Origin: Euryarchaeota archaeon UBA552
GTDB taxonomy: Archaea; Thermoplasmatota; Poseidoniia; Poseidoniales; Thalassarchaeaceae
Direction: 5' to 3'
Assembly: GCA_002499585.1 (NCBI GenBank)
Contig: DAMH01000027.1
Span: 215,983-279,982 of the forward strand
DNA: 64,000 bases
This document shows, piece by piece, positions 10,393-21,000 of this stretch. A program made the translations under genes and the position numbers. The stretch's first letter is position 1. Every line of letters starts with the position of its first letter. The notes under the pieces are model-generated. The model worked only from the letters and a program-made list of their open reading frames with translations. It was not told the origin of the DNA and did no database searches.

Positions 10393-11041
10393 ATCCTCGC
10401 CGCATTTCGTCTCTGATCCTCTTCTTAGTGGCAGCCCAGCCACAAATCAAACATGTGCCAAGGTCATGTCTCAGAGCCGGACAGTATTCTCTACCAAAGA
10501 AAATAATCTGCAGATGACGCTTGTTCCATTTTGATGGTTGGAATAACCCTTTGAGATCCTTCTCAGTCTTCTTGACGTTTGTCCCATTAGAAAGGCCCCA
10601 ACGAGCTGCACATCGATGTATGTGAGTGTCCACCGGGAACGCAGGTATTCCAAAGGCTTGGGCCATCACTACACTAGCGGTTTTATGACCTACTCCTGGG
10701 AGTGACTCCAGATAATCCCAATCTGGTAGAACTTCGCCTCCCCGAGAGACTATCATTTCAGCCATTATTTTCAGATTCTTAGATTTAGTAGGCGCTAGCC
10801 CCACTTGGCGGATACAGGATTTTATTTTTTCAACGGGTAGCTTGGCCATCTCATGTGGGTTTGAGGCAATCGAGAATAGTTCTGGCGTGACCTCGTTCAC
10901 CTTTTTGTCTGTTGTCTGAGCGGAAAGCATCACAGCCACCAAAAGTGTGTATGGATCGGTATGATCGAGTGGGACAGGAGTTTCTGGATACAGGTCATCG
11001 AGAATTTCACCGATTCTTTCGGCCTTTTCTGCCCTTTTCAT
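10382..11041 (-). CDS. nth: Endonuclease III
   Basis: LLVAVMLSAQTTD, HhH LPGVGHKTA, PVDTH. Confidence 0.95.
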   Translation of the reverse strand: MKRAEKAERIGEILDDLYPETPVPLDHTDPYTLLVAVMLSAQTTDKKVNEVTPELFSIASNPHEMAKLPVEKIKSCIRQVGLAPTKSKNLKIMAEMIVSRGGEVLPDWDYLESLPGVGHKTASVVMAQAFGIPAFPVDTHIHRCAARWGLSNGTNVKKTEKDLKGLFQPSKWNKRHLQIIFFGREYCPALRHDLGTCLICGWAATKKRIRDEMRRGSRS

Positions 11042-11247
11042 CGGTCGTTCTCACCTGAGCCCATGTATCCTATGATGAAGGACGAAACAACGAGTGCGCC
11101 AGGGATCGCATAACATGTGGCGTACTGCCAACTCTGCCAAGTCTCGCTGCCTCCAAATGCCAGCCAAGATGCCAAACCAACCACCATGGCAGGGAGGATC
11201 ATGACGGAAGCGAAGACCAACGCCCTTCCCAAGCCCATTGATGGCAT
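11038..11247 (-). CDS. Small two-TM membrane protein
   Basis: Two hydrophobic segments; stop overlaps the nth start; start uncertain (11247 or 11286). Confidence 0.6.
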   Translation of the reverse strand: MPSMGLGRALVFASVMILPAMVVGLASWLAFGGSETWQSWQYATCYAIPGALVVSSFIIGYMGSGENDR

Positions 11248-11275
11248 GGGATGAATGGTGGGATAAGAGATTTCG

Positions 11276-13210
11276 TTATTGTGCAAGGATTCTGTCTATG
11301 TCATTGGCTGGAAGTGTATTGAGGACGTCTCCGGCTCTGAGCCACCCCTTCCTTGCAATATCTACTCCGTATGAAATATCCGATAGGCCCTCGGTGCTGT
11401 GAGCATCTGGGTTAATTACAATGGGGACTCCGTGATCCCTTGCGGACCTACAGAGCCTCCAGTCCAAATCCAAGCGGTATGGAGATGCGTTGATCTCTAT
11501 CGCTTTGAGGGAACCCTCGCGGTTTATTTCTCCCATTCTTTCGATGACCTGGGTCATGTCTATTGGAAATCCTTCCCTTACCTGCAGAACCCTGCCTGTT
11601 GGATGTCCTAATATGGTAAAGGATGGGTCTTCTATTGCATTAATCACAGCATCAGTATTGACCTGTTCATCCCTCGACTTCCATGTGTTAATGGCATGTA
11701 CTGATCCAATTACGTGATGGAATTTGGCTCTAGTTTCTCGATCATAGTCTAACTTTCCATCAGGGAGTATGTCACACTCAGCGCCATGAAATATTCGGAA
11801 ATTATTACCCTGATTCTGAAATTTCTGATTTAAATCATGGATCAAATTTGCCTGCTGATCGACTGCTACCGGGTCGACTCCTATGCTTCTTCCTCCAATA
11901 TTCAGTGCAGGGGAGTGCTCTGCAATACCCAGATACTCCCACCCCAAACCTATCGCCTCGGCAGCCATTTCTTCGAGAGAATTTCTTCCATCTGAAGCAG
12001 TGGTATGGTTGTGTAGAGCCCCCTTAATCATCTTTTGAGATACTAGATTTGGGACTGAATTATCAAGCGCCGCCTCGATTTCTCCATTGTCCTCTCTCAA
12101 CTCAGGAGTGATCCATTGCAGACCGAGTTTTTGGTAAATCTGTGCCTCATTTTCGCAAACTAATGTGTATTTAGCCGCATCAGCGCCGATTGATTCCCCG
12201 ATCAAATTTTCCGGTATCAGGCCAAACTCATTCAATCTCAGCCCTAGGGCTATTGCTTGTTGCCGCATCCTGATATTGTGCTCTTTCGACCCGGTGAAGT
12301 AAGCCAGTGTGAAGGGGAATGTCTCAGGGGGAACAACTCTGATCTGTGCGTCAATAGTCGCGTCCTCAGACCTGTTCACAATTGATTCGTCCAGTGCTTT
12401 ATCCAGCTTACCATGAACACCATCGGAGTCTAGAACGCTTTGCTCAAGAATTAAACTGATTTTGGAATCTCCAGATCCTTTCACATCTGCAATTCCTGGG
12501 AGATTCAGGATTGAATCTATCACCGAGGCGTGATTGTGAGGCAATGCTGAAACAACTAGGTCTAGGTCTCCTATTGTCTCTTTCCTCCTCCTTGCACTCC
12601 CTGCAAGTTCAACTTCCTCAACTCCTTTGATTTCTGAAATGCGGCTCTTCAGTGCCATACCATACCTAAGTCCGACATCCAGCCTTGACCTGCCTTGGTT
12701 TCTTCGGTACAGTTCGATGCCTTCGAGGTACTTATCCTGACTCTTGGATCCAAAACCCTGAAGATTTGCTACTAGCCCTTTCTGACACGCCGACCTGAGT
12801 TCGTCAATTGAACTCACATCGAGTTTCTCATGCAGGATTCTCGCTCTCTTTGGCCCCAGGCCGGGTATCCCGACCATCTCGACCAAACCCACAGGGACCT
12901 CATCGTACAAATCCCCAAGCTTACCCCAATCTCCGTTCAGGACGATTTCCGATATTAGAGATGATAGCCCCTTGCCAATCCCTTTGATCTCGGTGAGTTC
13001 TTTGGATTTGATTACCTGAAACAGGCCTTTTTCCATTTGGCTAAGTGCTCTACTGGCATTTTGATATGCCCTGACCCTAAACATGTTGGCTCCCTTCAGC
13101 TCCAGAAGGATCGCAATTTGCTCGAAAACAGTGATAATTTGGTTCTTCGTAAAAAACGGAGGTTCAGATCTTTTGGAGGCTGGAAGGCCCCAACCCCCAA
13201 CTTTGACCAT
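11276..13210 (-). CDS. polX: Family X DNA polymerase / PHP 3'-5' exonuclease
   Basis: FRVRAY, IKGIG, GLGPK, AGSARR..GDLD, YFTGSKEHN, LNEFGL, PELRE; PHP motifs HNHT, GHPTGR, DAH. Confidence 0.93.
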   Translation of the reverse strand: MVKVGGWGLPASKRSEPPFFTKNQIITVFEQIAILLELKGANMFRVRAYQNASRALSQMEKGLFQVIKSKELTEIKGIGKGLSSLISEIVLNGDWGKLGDLYDEVPVGLVEMVGIPGLGPKRARILHEKLDVSSIDELRSACQKGLVANLQGFGSKSQDKYLEGIELYRRNQGRSRLDVGLRYGMALKSRISEIKGVEEVELAGSARRRKETIGDLDLVVSALPHNHASVIDSILNLPGIADVKGSGDSKISLILEQSVLDSDGVHGKLDKALDESIVNRSEDATIDAQIRVVPPETFPFTLAYFTGSKEHNIRMRQQAIALGLRLNEFGLIPENLIGESIGADAAKYTLVCENEAQIYQKLGLQWITPELREDNGEIEAALDNSVPNLVSQKMIKGALHNHTTASDGRNSLEEMAAEAIGLGWEYLGIAEHSPALNIGGRSIGVDPVAVDQQANLIHDLNQKFQNQGNNFRIFHGAECDILPDGKLDYDRETRAKFHHVIGSVHAINTWKSRDEQVNTDAVINAIEDPSFTILGHPTGRVLQVREGFPIDMTQVIERMGEINREGSLKAIEINASPYRLDLDWRLCRSARDHGVPIVINPDAHSTEGLSDISYGVDIARKGWLRAGDVLNTLPANDIDRILAQ

Positions 13211-13311
13211 GCTACATCCAGAGGGCGATTACATTTCGTTTTGTGGTATTCAACTGCGTAAGGTTTCAGAGTGTCGTCCTGTTGGAGTTGTTTGTGGATG
13301 CACTGAGCGTA

Positions 13312-13629
13312 ATGGAAACGATCTCGGTAAGTCTATGCGGGATTGCTGCAATACTGTGGATGAGTATCGGCACACTTGCTAGATCAAGGCAAGGTGAAAT
13401 CAACGGTCAGAGGACCATCATGGCAATTTGCATAATAGCCAGCATACTTCTGTTTTCACTTCACTCGCTTGGAGGAGATCTTTGGGGGTCGAGGAATGCA
13501 GCACGTCCAATGGCAGTCTTTTCCCTTGTTTTGGCTGCTGCATCCGTCCTTAATCTAAAAGGAAAAGAGATCCAAGGAGAGACGAATCCTCATCAGATCA
13601 TGAGAATGAGATCCCTAGAAGAGGAATAA
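13312..13629 (+). CDS. Hypothetical three-TM membrane protein
   Basis: Three hydrophobic helices; ATG at 13312 likely. Confidence 0.65.
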   Translation: METISVSLCGIAAILWMSIGTLARSRQGEINGQRTIMAICIIASILLFSLHSLGGDLWGSRNAARPMAVFSLVLAAASVLNLKGKEIQGETNPHQIMRMRSLEEE

Positions 13630-13640
13630 CCCCAATATGA

Positions 13641-13925
13641 CTACCTTTCAATTCCGAGTTTCTCGTCAATAAAAGACCTCATGTAAGCTGGAAGTTCTCC
13701 GTTTACGAACAAAACATCATTGACCTCCTCCAATTTCATCAAGGAATAGTAAATTTGCATCGCTGTCATGGGTGTAGAGCTACATCCCGTGCATCCCCCT
13801 TCGAGTGAAATCGAAATGACGCCATCAGTGGTATCCATAACATTGACTACGCCGTCATGAGCATCTAGGATGGTCTGGACTGGGCCGACCGATTCGAGAA
13901 TCAACTGACGATCCACTGTTGCCAT
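13641..13925 (-). CDS. NifU/Nfu-type Fe-S cluster carrier
   Basis: L.AHDG.V and LEGGCTGCSS (CxxC) Nfu domain signature. Confidence 0.88.
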   Translation of the reverse strand: MATVDRQLILESVGPVQTILDAHDGVVNVMDTTDGVISISLEGGCTGCSSTPMTAMQIYYSLMKLEEVNDVLFVNGELPAYMRSFIDEKLGIER

Positions 13926-14002
13926 ACAGAGACCGGGGGGGTGCTGGGATATGAATCAATTGAGTTATTGTGAGGCTCTACGGGACTTAAGTTAGATATC
14001 GG

Positions 14003-14010
14003 CTTAAATA
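14003..14010 (+). promoter_or_regulatory. Candidate TATA box for hppA
   Basis: CTTAAATA about 36 nt upstream of the ATG at 14046. Confidence 0.4.
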
Positions 14011-14045
14011 CGGGTCTCAGGACGGCTTGACAACAAGGTGTAGAC

Positions 14046-16157
14046 ATGATCGAGAATGTACCAACTATCGCAGCTGTCGTGGCCCTTATTGGGCTTGTAG
14101 TTGCATTTGCGCTCTACAGAAAGAACGATGCAATAGAGATTGATAATCCGAAGGTCGCGGAAATCACTGGAGAAATCCAAAAAGGGGCGATGGCATTCCT
14201 AATGTCCGAATACAGATACATATCGGTTTTCGTCGTTATCGTAGGAGCCGTTTTGTATCTCATAAATGGTGAGGATGGAGGGCTCGAGACTGCATTGGCA
14301 TTTGGTTTTGGTGCCGTAGCCAGTGTCGCAGCCGGATTCTCTGGTATGAGGGCCGCCACATCAGCGAACGGTCGTACTGCAATGGCGGCGAAGAATGGAG
14401 GTCAACCTGCTGCTTTGGAGGTTTCCTACAATGGAGGAGCCGTTATGGGTTTGTCAGTTGGCGGTCTCGGGTTACTGGGAATTTCGCTAGTCGCCTTTTG
14501 GCTAGGAAATGCAGACTCTGGCTCGGCTTACACAGGAGATTCCCTACAATATGCGGCTGGCTTTGGAATGGGTGCTAGCAGCATCGCATTGTTTGCTCGA
14601 GTCGGGGGCGGGATATACACCAAGGCCGCTGATGTCGGAGCGGACCTAGTCGGCAAGGTGGAAGCCGGACTTCCTGAAGATGACCCGAGGAATCCAGGCG
14701 TAATTGCCGATAACGTTGGGGACAATGTAGGAGACGTGGCAGGAATGGGCGCTGATATCTTTGAGTCCTTCGTCGGTTCAATAATCGCTGCTATGGTCAT
14801 CGCGCAGGGATCTGAAAATCAAACTCTTACCGGCAATACGATGGATTATGTCCTGTTACCCATACTCTTGGGACTTGTGGGCTACATAGCATCAATAGCG
14901 GGTATTTTCTCAATGACCATCCTGAAGAACGGGTCAGACCCCGCAGCCGCACTCAGGAACACCACATTCATCGGTGCAGTGCTTTTCTGGGCGGGTGGCT
15001 TTGCTTCGATTGAGTTCTTTGGTCTAAGTACTGGGTTCGAACCCATGTATGCTGTCATTTTGGGCAGCCTCGTTGGGATAATGATTGGTTTGGTGACAGA
15101 GTATTACACAGGCATTGAACCGGTATTTGGAATACGAACCAAAGCCATTCCACACATCGGATCCATGTCCAAAAGCGGGCCAGCGACAAACGCAATTGCC
15201 GGTTTGTCCGTCGGTATGATGTCGACCTTTTTACCAATCTTGCTGATATGCATGGGAATTTTCGGTGCAAACGAGTTCATGGGAGGTGGAGATCTCGGTC
15301 TATACGGCATCGCAATGGCTGCAATGGGGATGCTAGCGACTGTGGGCGTTACAATGACCGTCGATGCTTATGGCCCAGTTGCAGATAATGCAGGGGGGAT
15401 CGCAGAGATGTCTGAACTCGGAGATGATGTTAGAGCGATTACTGATGCCCTGGATTCAATCGGAAACACTACTGCAGCAGTTGGAAAGGGGTTTGCAATA
15501 GGTTCGGCGGCCCTAACTGCGCTGGCACTGTTCGCAGCCTACAAGACTGCAGCCACCGGCGTAAATTTGACCCTGGACGATCCAATGGTGGTCATAGGTC
15601 TTCTCATTGGCGGATCTTTGCCCTTCGTAGTAGCTGCAATGACCATGACATCTGTCGGAAAGGCAGCTGGCGACATGGTTGAGGAAATTAGAAGGCAGTT
15701 CAGGGAGATTCCCGGTCTTCTTGAGGGGAAAGAGGGTGTGAAACCTGACTCAGCAACTTGTGTAGACATATCGACTAAAGCCGCGTTGAGGGAAATGGTC
15801 GCACCCGGGGTCGTTGCTGTGACCGCCCCGATATTCGTCGGCTTCGTACTGGGGTCTTCCGCTTTAGGGGGCCTCCTTGCAGGGTCATTAGTGACGGGAG
15901 TTCTCATGGCATTGTTCATGGCCAACGCAGGCGGGGCTTGGGACAATGCCAAGAAAGCCATTGAACAAGGGCATATAGAAGGTGAAAAGAAAGGAACAGA
16001 GGCCCATGCAGCTGCCGTTATAGGGGACACCATAGGAGATCCTTTCAAAGACACTTCGGGCCCTTCTCTCAACATACTGATCAAGCTGATGTCGATTGTC
16101 GCAGTTGTGATCGCGCCGAATCTTGATGCCGTTGGTTACATCGGTGGCTTGTTTTGA
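14046..16157 (+). CDS. hppA: Membrane-bound K+-dependent, probably Na+-translocating pyrophosphatase
   Basis: [59 protein letters not shown]. Confidence 0.97.
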   Translation: MIENVPTIAAVVALIGLVVAFALYRKNDAIEIDNPKVAEITGEIQKGAMAFLMSEYRYISVFVVIVGAVLYLINGEDGGLETALAFGFGAVASVAAGFSGMRAATSANGRTAMAAKNGGQPAALEVSYNGGAVMGLSVGGLGLLGISLVAFWLGNADSGSAYTGDSLQYAAGFGMGASSIALFARVGGGIYTKAADVGADLVGKVEAGLPEDDPRNPGVIADNVGDNVGDVAGMGADIFESFVGSIIAAMVIAQGSENQTLTGNTMDYVLLPILLGLVGYIASIAGIFSMTILKNGSDPAAALRNTTFIGAVLFWAGGFASIEFFGLSTGFEPMYAVILGSLVGIMIGLVTEYYTGIEPVFGIRTKAIPHIGSMSKSGPATNAIAGLSVGMMSTFLPILLICMGIFGANEFMGGGDLGLYGIAMAAMGMLATVGVTMTVDAYGPVADNAGGIAEMSELGDDVRAITDALDSIGNTTAAVGKGFAIGSAALTALALFAAYKTAATGVNLTLDDPMVVIGLLIGGSLPFVVAAMTMTSVGKAAGDMVEEIRRQFREIPGLLEGKEGVKPDSATCVDISTKAALREMVAPGVVAVTAPIFVGFVLGSSALGGLLAGSLVTGVLMALFMANAGGAWDNAKKAIEQGHIEGEKKGTEAHAAAVIGDTIGDPFKDTSGPSLNILIKLMSIVAVVIAPNLDAVGYIGGLF

Positions 16158-16202
16158 TCAGGGACGCGAAACCACTTTCCCGTGTGTTTCCTTGGGTTGT
16201 GC

Positions 16203-17153
16203 ATGCGCAACGCCGTAACCCTCTCACTGCTGGCGGTTTTGTCCATGGGACTTCAAGGCTGTACTGGTGCCACGGACGCCATACTCGGTAACGACTCTGA
16301 GATTGAGGTTCCAGAGTGGGAGGTCGGTGATTGGTGGCTATTCACTTTCACGACCCCTGAATTTTCAGATGACTCTGCAAGGTTAGTAGTTGCAACAGTA
16401 GACGAGGAGGAAGATGGTAATGCATACATGCTCGGTATCTCTTCGGAAGAAGAAGCTCGAAGGCATGCCGTTTTGAATCACAACCCCTTCCTTGGCAGGA
16501 TAACACACAGCGATCTCGGTGTGTTTGAGAACGGAGTTGAACAGCCCGTCCTCTCGTTCCCAATCGGGGATAGGTCATGGACATTCACATTATTTGAGAA
16601 GGACTGGTCTGCAACCGCATCAATCGAGGGGGATAGAGCATTTATTTCCGCATCTAATGATAATGGAGAAGATCTGATATATACTTACGATTCAAATTCC
16701 AAATTTATCTCCAGCTTCGTCTACACTGACTCCAACGATATCGAAGTATTACGAATGTCACTCGCCCAGAGTGGTTCTGACCATACTGGAGAGGTGCATT
16801 TCATGAGGGGGAAGGATCTGCTCAACAGGGATTATGAGAACAATGGCCCCTCTGGAGACGTAGAGGATTCCTTTCTGGTACAGGATCACCCCAATGACGG
16901 ATCTTGGAACGAGATGATCTACCTGATTGATGCAGAGTCAGGGGCTGGTGGTTCGACTATTTCCCTCACACTCCGAGACCATACCTCTTCGTCTGTTTTA
17001 GAGAGATTCTGGGGGCCCGGCTCATCTGAATCAGGAACACTTGGTACGATACCTTCTCCAAGCGGAGAATACACGCTAACAGCAAGTTTCACCGGCCAGA
17101 CTGAACTGAAAATCAAGATAGCCGGCGGGATTGGCTACTCTTGGAGTATCTGA
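16203..17153 (+). CDS. Acidic lipoprotein of unknown function
   Basis: Signal peptide with lipobox LQGC; PEWEVGDWW N-terminal motif. Confidence 0.75.
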   Translation: MRNAVTLSLLAVLSMGLQGCTGATDAILGNDSEIEVPEWEVGDWWLFTFTTPEFSDDSARLVVATVDEEEDGNAYMLGISSEEEARRHAVLNHNPFLGRITHSDLGVFENGVEQPVLSFPIGDRSWTFTLFEKDWSATASIEGDRAFISASNDNGEDLIYTYDSNSKFISSFVYTDSNDIEVLRMSLAQSGSDHTGEVHFMRGKDLLNRDYENNGPSGDVEDSFLVQDHPNDGSWNEMIYLIDAESGAGGSTISLTLRDHTSSSVLERFWGPGSSESGTLGTIPSPSGEYTLTASFTGQTELKIKIAGGIGYSWSI

Positions 17154-17154
17154 G

Positions 17155-17742
17155 ATGACATCGACAGGTCATTTGGTGATGCTTCATGGTATGACTGGGA
17201 CTAGGGAAAAGATGCGACCTTTTGCAGAGAAGCTCCTCCCAGAGGGGTGGTTTTTGCACTGTCCAGAGGGGATGCACAGACATCCAAGAGGAGGCATGGC
17301 CTGGTGGATCGAAGGTGAAAATGACGAGATTTTGGAACAAAAGATACGCGAGGAACAAATCCAGCTCGCATTAGAAAATCTAGAAAGAGGTCTTCCTGAT
17401 GGTAGGTTGATACTGGGAGGTTTCTCTCAAGGCGGGGCGATAGCCTCCGCAATGGTTGGCCGTGAAATCTTCAACAGGGTCTCCGGACTAATTTTAATAT
17501 CCACGAAAAATGTAATGAAAAGTGCACTGGAAACCGCTGTGTCAAAAACCGAGCCTCGCCCTGTGATCTGGATGCATGGTGAAAGGGACCACATAATTCC
17601 AATAGATGTGGCTCTAGACCACATATCAGTGTTCGAAAAGGCTGGGTGGGAGGTCAACAAGATGAGGCATCAAAAAGGTCACATGGTAGACCTACAACAG
17701 TTGGATTCCCTAGTTAAAGCAATAACTGCGATGGCGGTATGA
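17155..17742 (+). CDS. Phospholipase/carboxylesterase alpha/beta hydrolase
   Basis: LHG, GFSQGG nucleophile elbow, HGERD, GH catalytic His. Confidence 0.9.
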   Translation: MTSTGHLVMLHGMTGTREKMRPFAEKLLPEGWFLHCPEGMHRHPRGGMAWWIEGENDEILEQKIREEQIQLALENLERGLPDGRLILGGFSQGGAIASAMVGREIFNRVSGLILISTKNVMKSALETAVSKTEPRPVIWMHGERDHIIPIDVALDHISVFEKAGWEVNKMRHQKGHMVDLQQLDSLVKAITAMAV

Positions 17743-17744
17743 AA

Positions 17745-18008
17745 TCAGAGATATGTCGTCAACTCGTCATAACCGCCGACAAACGCCGTTTTGTTCCTGA
17801 CGTCGAAAATTATTGGTACTGTCCTGTGGCCAGTCAGATCCACCAGGTCCGCGCGTAGTTGGTGATCGCGTTCTAAATTGATTTCAGTGTAGGTCAACCC
17901 CCTGGCGTTCAACAGATTTTTCGCTGCGACGCAGTAACCACAAATGTCTTTGGAGAACATGAGGAAATCGGTCTTGCAGCCCTCAAATTGACGAAGCGGG
18001 TTTTTCAT
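17745..18008 (-). CDS. Glutaredoxin
   Basis: CGYC active site, TVP, GGYDEL. Confidence 0.92.
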   Translation of the reverse strand: MKNPLRQFEGCKTDFLMFSKDICGYCVAAKNLLNARGLTYTEINLERDHQLRADLVDLTGHRTVPIIFDVRNKTAFVGGYDELTTYL

Positions 18009-21000
18009 CTGGTCTCACCTCAATGGGAGTTTCTCCCAGATCATCGGGAAGATCTTCCCACCATCCGGTGCCATCCTCTAGTATCCTGTCTGTTTCGTCT
18101 TCGTCAATAAAGACTAGCATGAACACCGTGATTAGGGTTAAGGCAGCGCCAATGTAAATGGCTGTGGTGTAATCGAAAATCGAAATCATCCTTTCTGTGA
18201 GTGTGTAGGCAAAGACCCCTGACAGGTTAAACAATGACATGTAGGCAGTAAATTGAGTCCCGCCAACCTTGCTCCATGTCAACCTCATGCTGAGTGAGAT
18301 GATGCAAATCCATGCCATTCCTCCGATGAATGCTTGGGCAATCAGGTATACTGTCATAATGCTCGTGTTTCCCCACATCGATTGAAGGAATGCGAGGCAT
18401 GCATTGGCGAGAGCAAGTGCGGTGAACCCAACCATAGCCACTCTTCTTACTCCGAACTTATCTCCAAGCAGCCCGCCGACGATTTGCCCAATCAAGGCGC
18501 CAAAGACGACAACGCCGCCGACGATACCATTGTATTTCGCCTGAGACCACCCGGCTTCATTTATGAAAATGTCAATGACAATAGGGCCAACAAAAATGTA
18601 AAGCTCAGACAGCAAACACAATCCGATCAACAGAAATGCTGAACGCACTGAGAATGCCTTAGTTAGGAAAAATGAAGTGACTGCCACGCCCTTCCTAGTT
18701 CCTTGTGGAAGGGCCGTGAGGGGGTTTGGCACGAGAGTCGTTACTTTATCGGCCACGCTCGTGTAGGATAAACCAAGAAGGGCGATGGAAACTGCTATTG
18801 ACGCATAACTTGCAGGATTTGTAAACGACCTCAAGTTATCACCGAATCTGAGATCGATTGTAAATACGTCAATTGCAAATCCAATCAACCAAATGGTTAT
18901 TCCAATTACGGCCATGAAGGCGGAAGCGGTTATTTTGGTACTGTCCAGTGTGTACCCGATCTTCTTTGCTAGCATGAATCGTTCTTCGTTGTTCCAAGGC
19001 TCTGATTCCACGTCTTCACTTGTTTCGGAATCCAAAGGAATATCGCCGAAACTGATTCCATCCGCTTCTGCCTTTGACCATGGAAACAATTTGACGCCGG
19101 GTTTTTCAACCATCCACAAAGGTACCATGAGTATCGTTGAAAGGAGGGCAAGTTGGATTACAATTACCCCGCTGATTCCAATTTTTGTCACGGCAACTCC
19201 CAGGACCGCCCCGCCGACGATAATGCCGGCTCTTTTTGCCGCGAACATGAATCCGTTGGCTTTGGCAACCTCATTTGGCTCCAGTATCTCCACTGCCAGT
19301 GCGTCAGTGCCCACGTCTTGCAGGGAAGCAAATATGTTGTGAACAAATAACAGTCGTGTTACCAGCTCAATTTCGGCATTGAGATCTGGTACCAACAGGA
19401 GCGTAGCAAGAGTTACAACCATCCCGGTTTGGGCAATTAACACCCATTGTCGTCTGGCACCATACCTTGGGATATTGACTGCATCCACCACTGGCCCCCA
19501 GATCCATTTAAAGGTCCACGGCAGGGCTACTGTCGCAAAGAGTATTGCTACATCTCCAATTGCAACTCCGTTGTCTACCAGGTATGCAGCAAAAGTTACG
19601 CTTGCGAATCCCCATGGAAGTCCTTGGGCGAAATACAGGATACACAGGGTGAAAATCCTTCTTGATTTATTCTCCGTAAGGGGGCCGCCTTGCATCATTT
19701 CAGAAGTGAACGCCCTTACACTGGCCAAGCCTCCTGAAAACGGGTCTGAGCCTAGTTCATCAGATTCCTCTTTGTCTTCATCGTCTTTCTTTTTGACAGG
19801 GGTTGTATTGACCCAATCCTCTCTTAGAGCCGTCCAACCCAACAATGCAAGTGTGGCTAGGAAGGGGATTAGGAAGACGTAGGGGCCCATGGTAGTCTGG
19901 CCTCCAGCGCCGTCACCCGACTGTGACTGACCGTCAATTAGGACGACTCTTCGTGCGTCAACAGGAGACATCCTGTCCTCACTGATTACCAATCTGGAGT
20001 ATATTGTTGAATTTCCAGATTCTGAGTGAGGATTAAGTTTGACATTCCAGGTTGACCAATCGCCTGCAGATGAGAGATCGGCTGCCTGTTGCCACTCCCC
20101 ACCACCAACTTTGACTTGGACGTAACCAACACCTGGCGCTCCTCCGTTTGATATTCCGTAAACTCGCGATTCATTTCCAATCTCTTGGAGTGTCGTAACA
20201 TCCATTGAAACGTTGAGGGATGGGTCGATTGCACCAGCAGACTCAACAAATCGTAGAGGGTCAGCTTGCCCATATCCAAACTCGTTATCGGGCCTAGTCT
20301 CTAGAATGCTGCAATCATTGAACCCTGGGTCGTCTAGAAGTTGAACATCACGCTCTATTGAGTCCGCGCTGATTATGGCTTTGACCTGATCATGTGTTAT
20401 GTCCGGGTTGGCCTCGACCATGAGTGCGGCAATTCCGGCCATTAGAGGAGTTGCCATACTTGTGCCGGACTTGCTGGTATAACCGTCCGAAGTAGCGGCG
20501 TCAGGAGCCATTATGTTTGATCCTATTGTTGAAACATCTGGTTTCACGCGGCCGTCCGAGGTGTATCCTCTGCTGGAGTATATCGCCAACCCTAAGTCCT
20601 TGTCAAGGCTTGCGACCGTGATGGGGAGGTTGGCATCCCCTGGACTGTCTATGGTATTACAGCCTGCAAAAGTGGCTCCGCCAAACTCGTTTCCTGCAGA
20701 CAAGAATGTTATGATGCCAGATGCGGCGACAGCGTCCATCTGTTGGCTCCATGCAGATGATCCGTCGTTATCGAAGTGGAATTCGAGCTGTTGTTCTCCG
20801 AGTGAGGATGTTAAGATGTCTATTCCCCTCGAATCTTTGTTTTGAATTGCCCATTGTGCCCCTTCTATGATATCCTGAATGTCACCGTCGCAACAAGCTA
20901 GTATGTTTACTATCCATGCACCAGGAGCTGCACCAATATACCTAGAGCCGTCAGGCGATTCTTGTCCTCCTCCTGTTCCTGCAGCTATGCCTGCTACATG

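Noticed and set aside
15539-16084. Long antisense ORFs (here, 9675..10184, 19379..19882, 49266..49757 and others)
   Set aside because: Lie fully opposite well-supported genes, lack motifs, and are expected from codon bias
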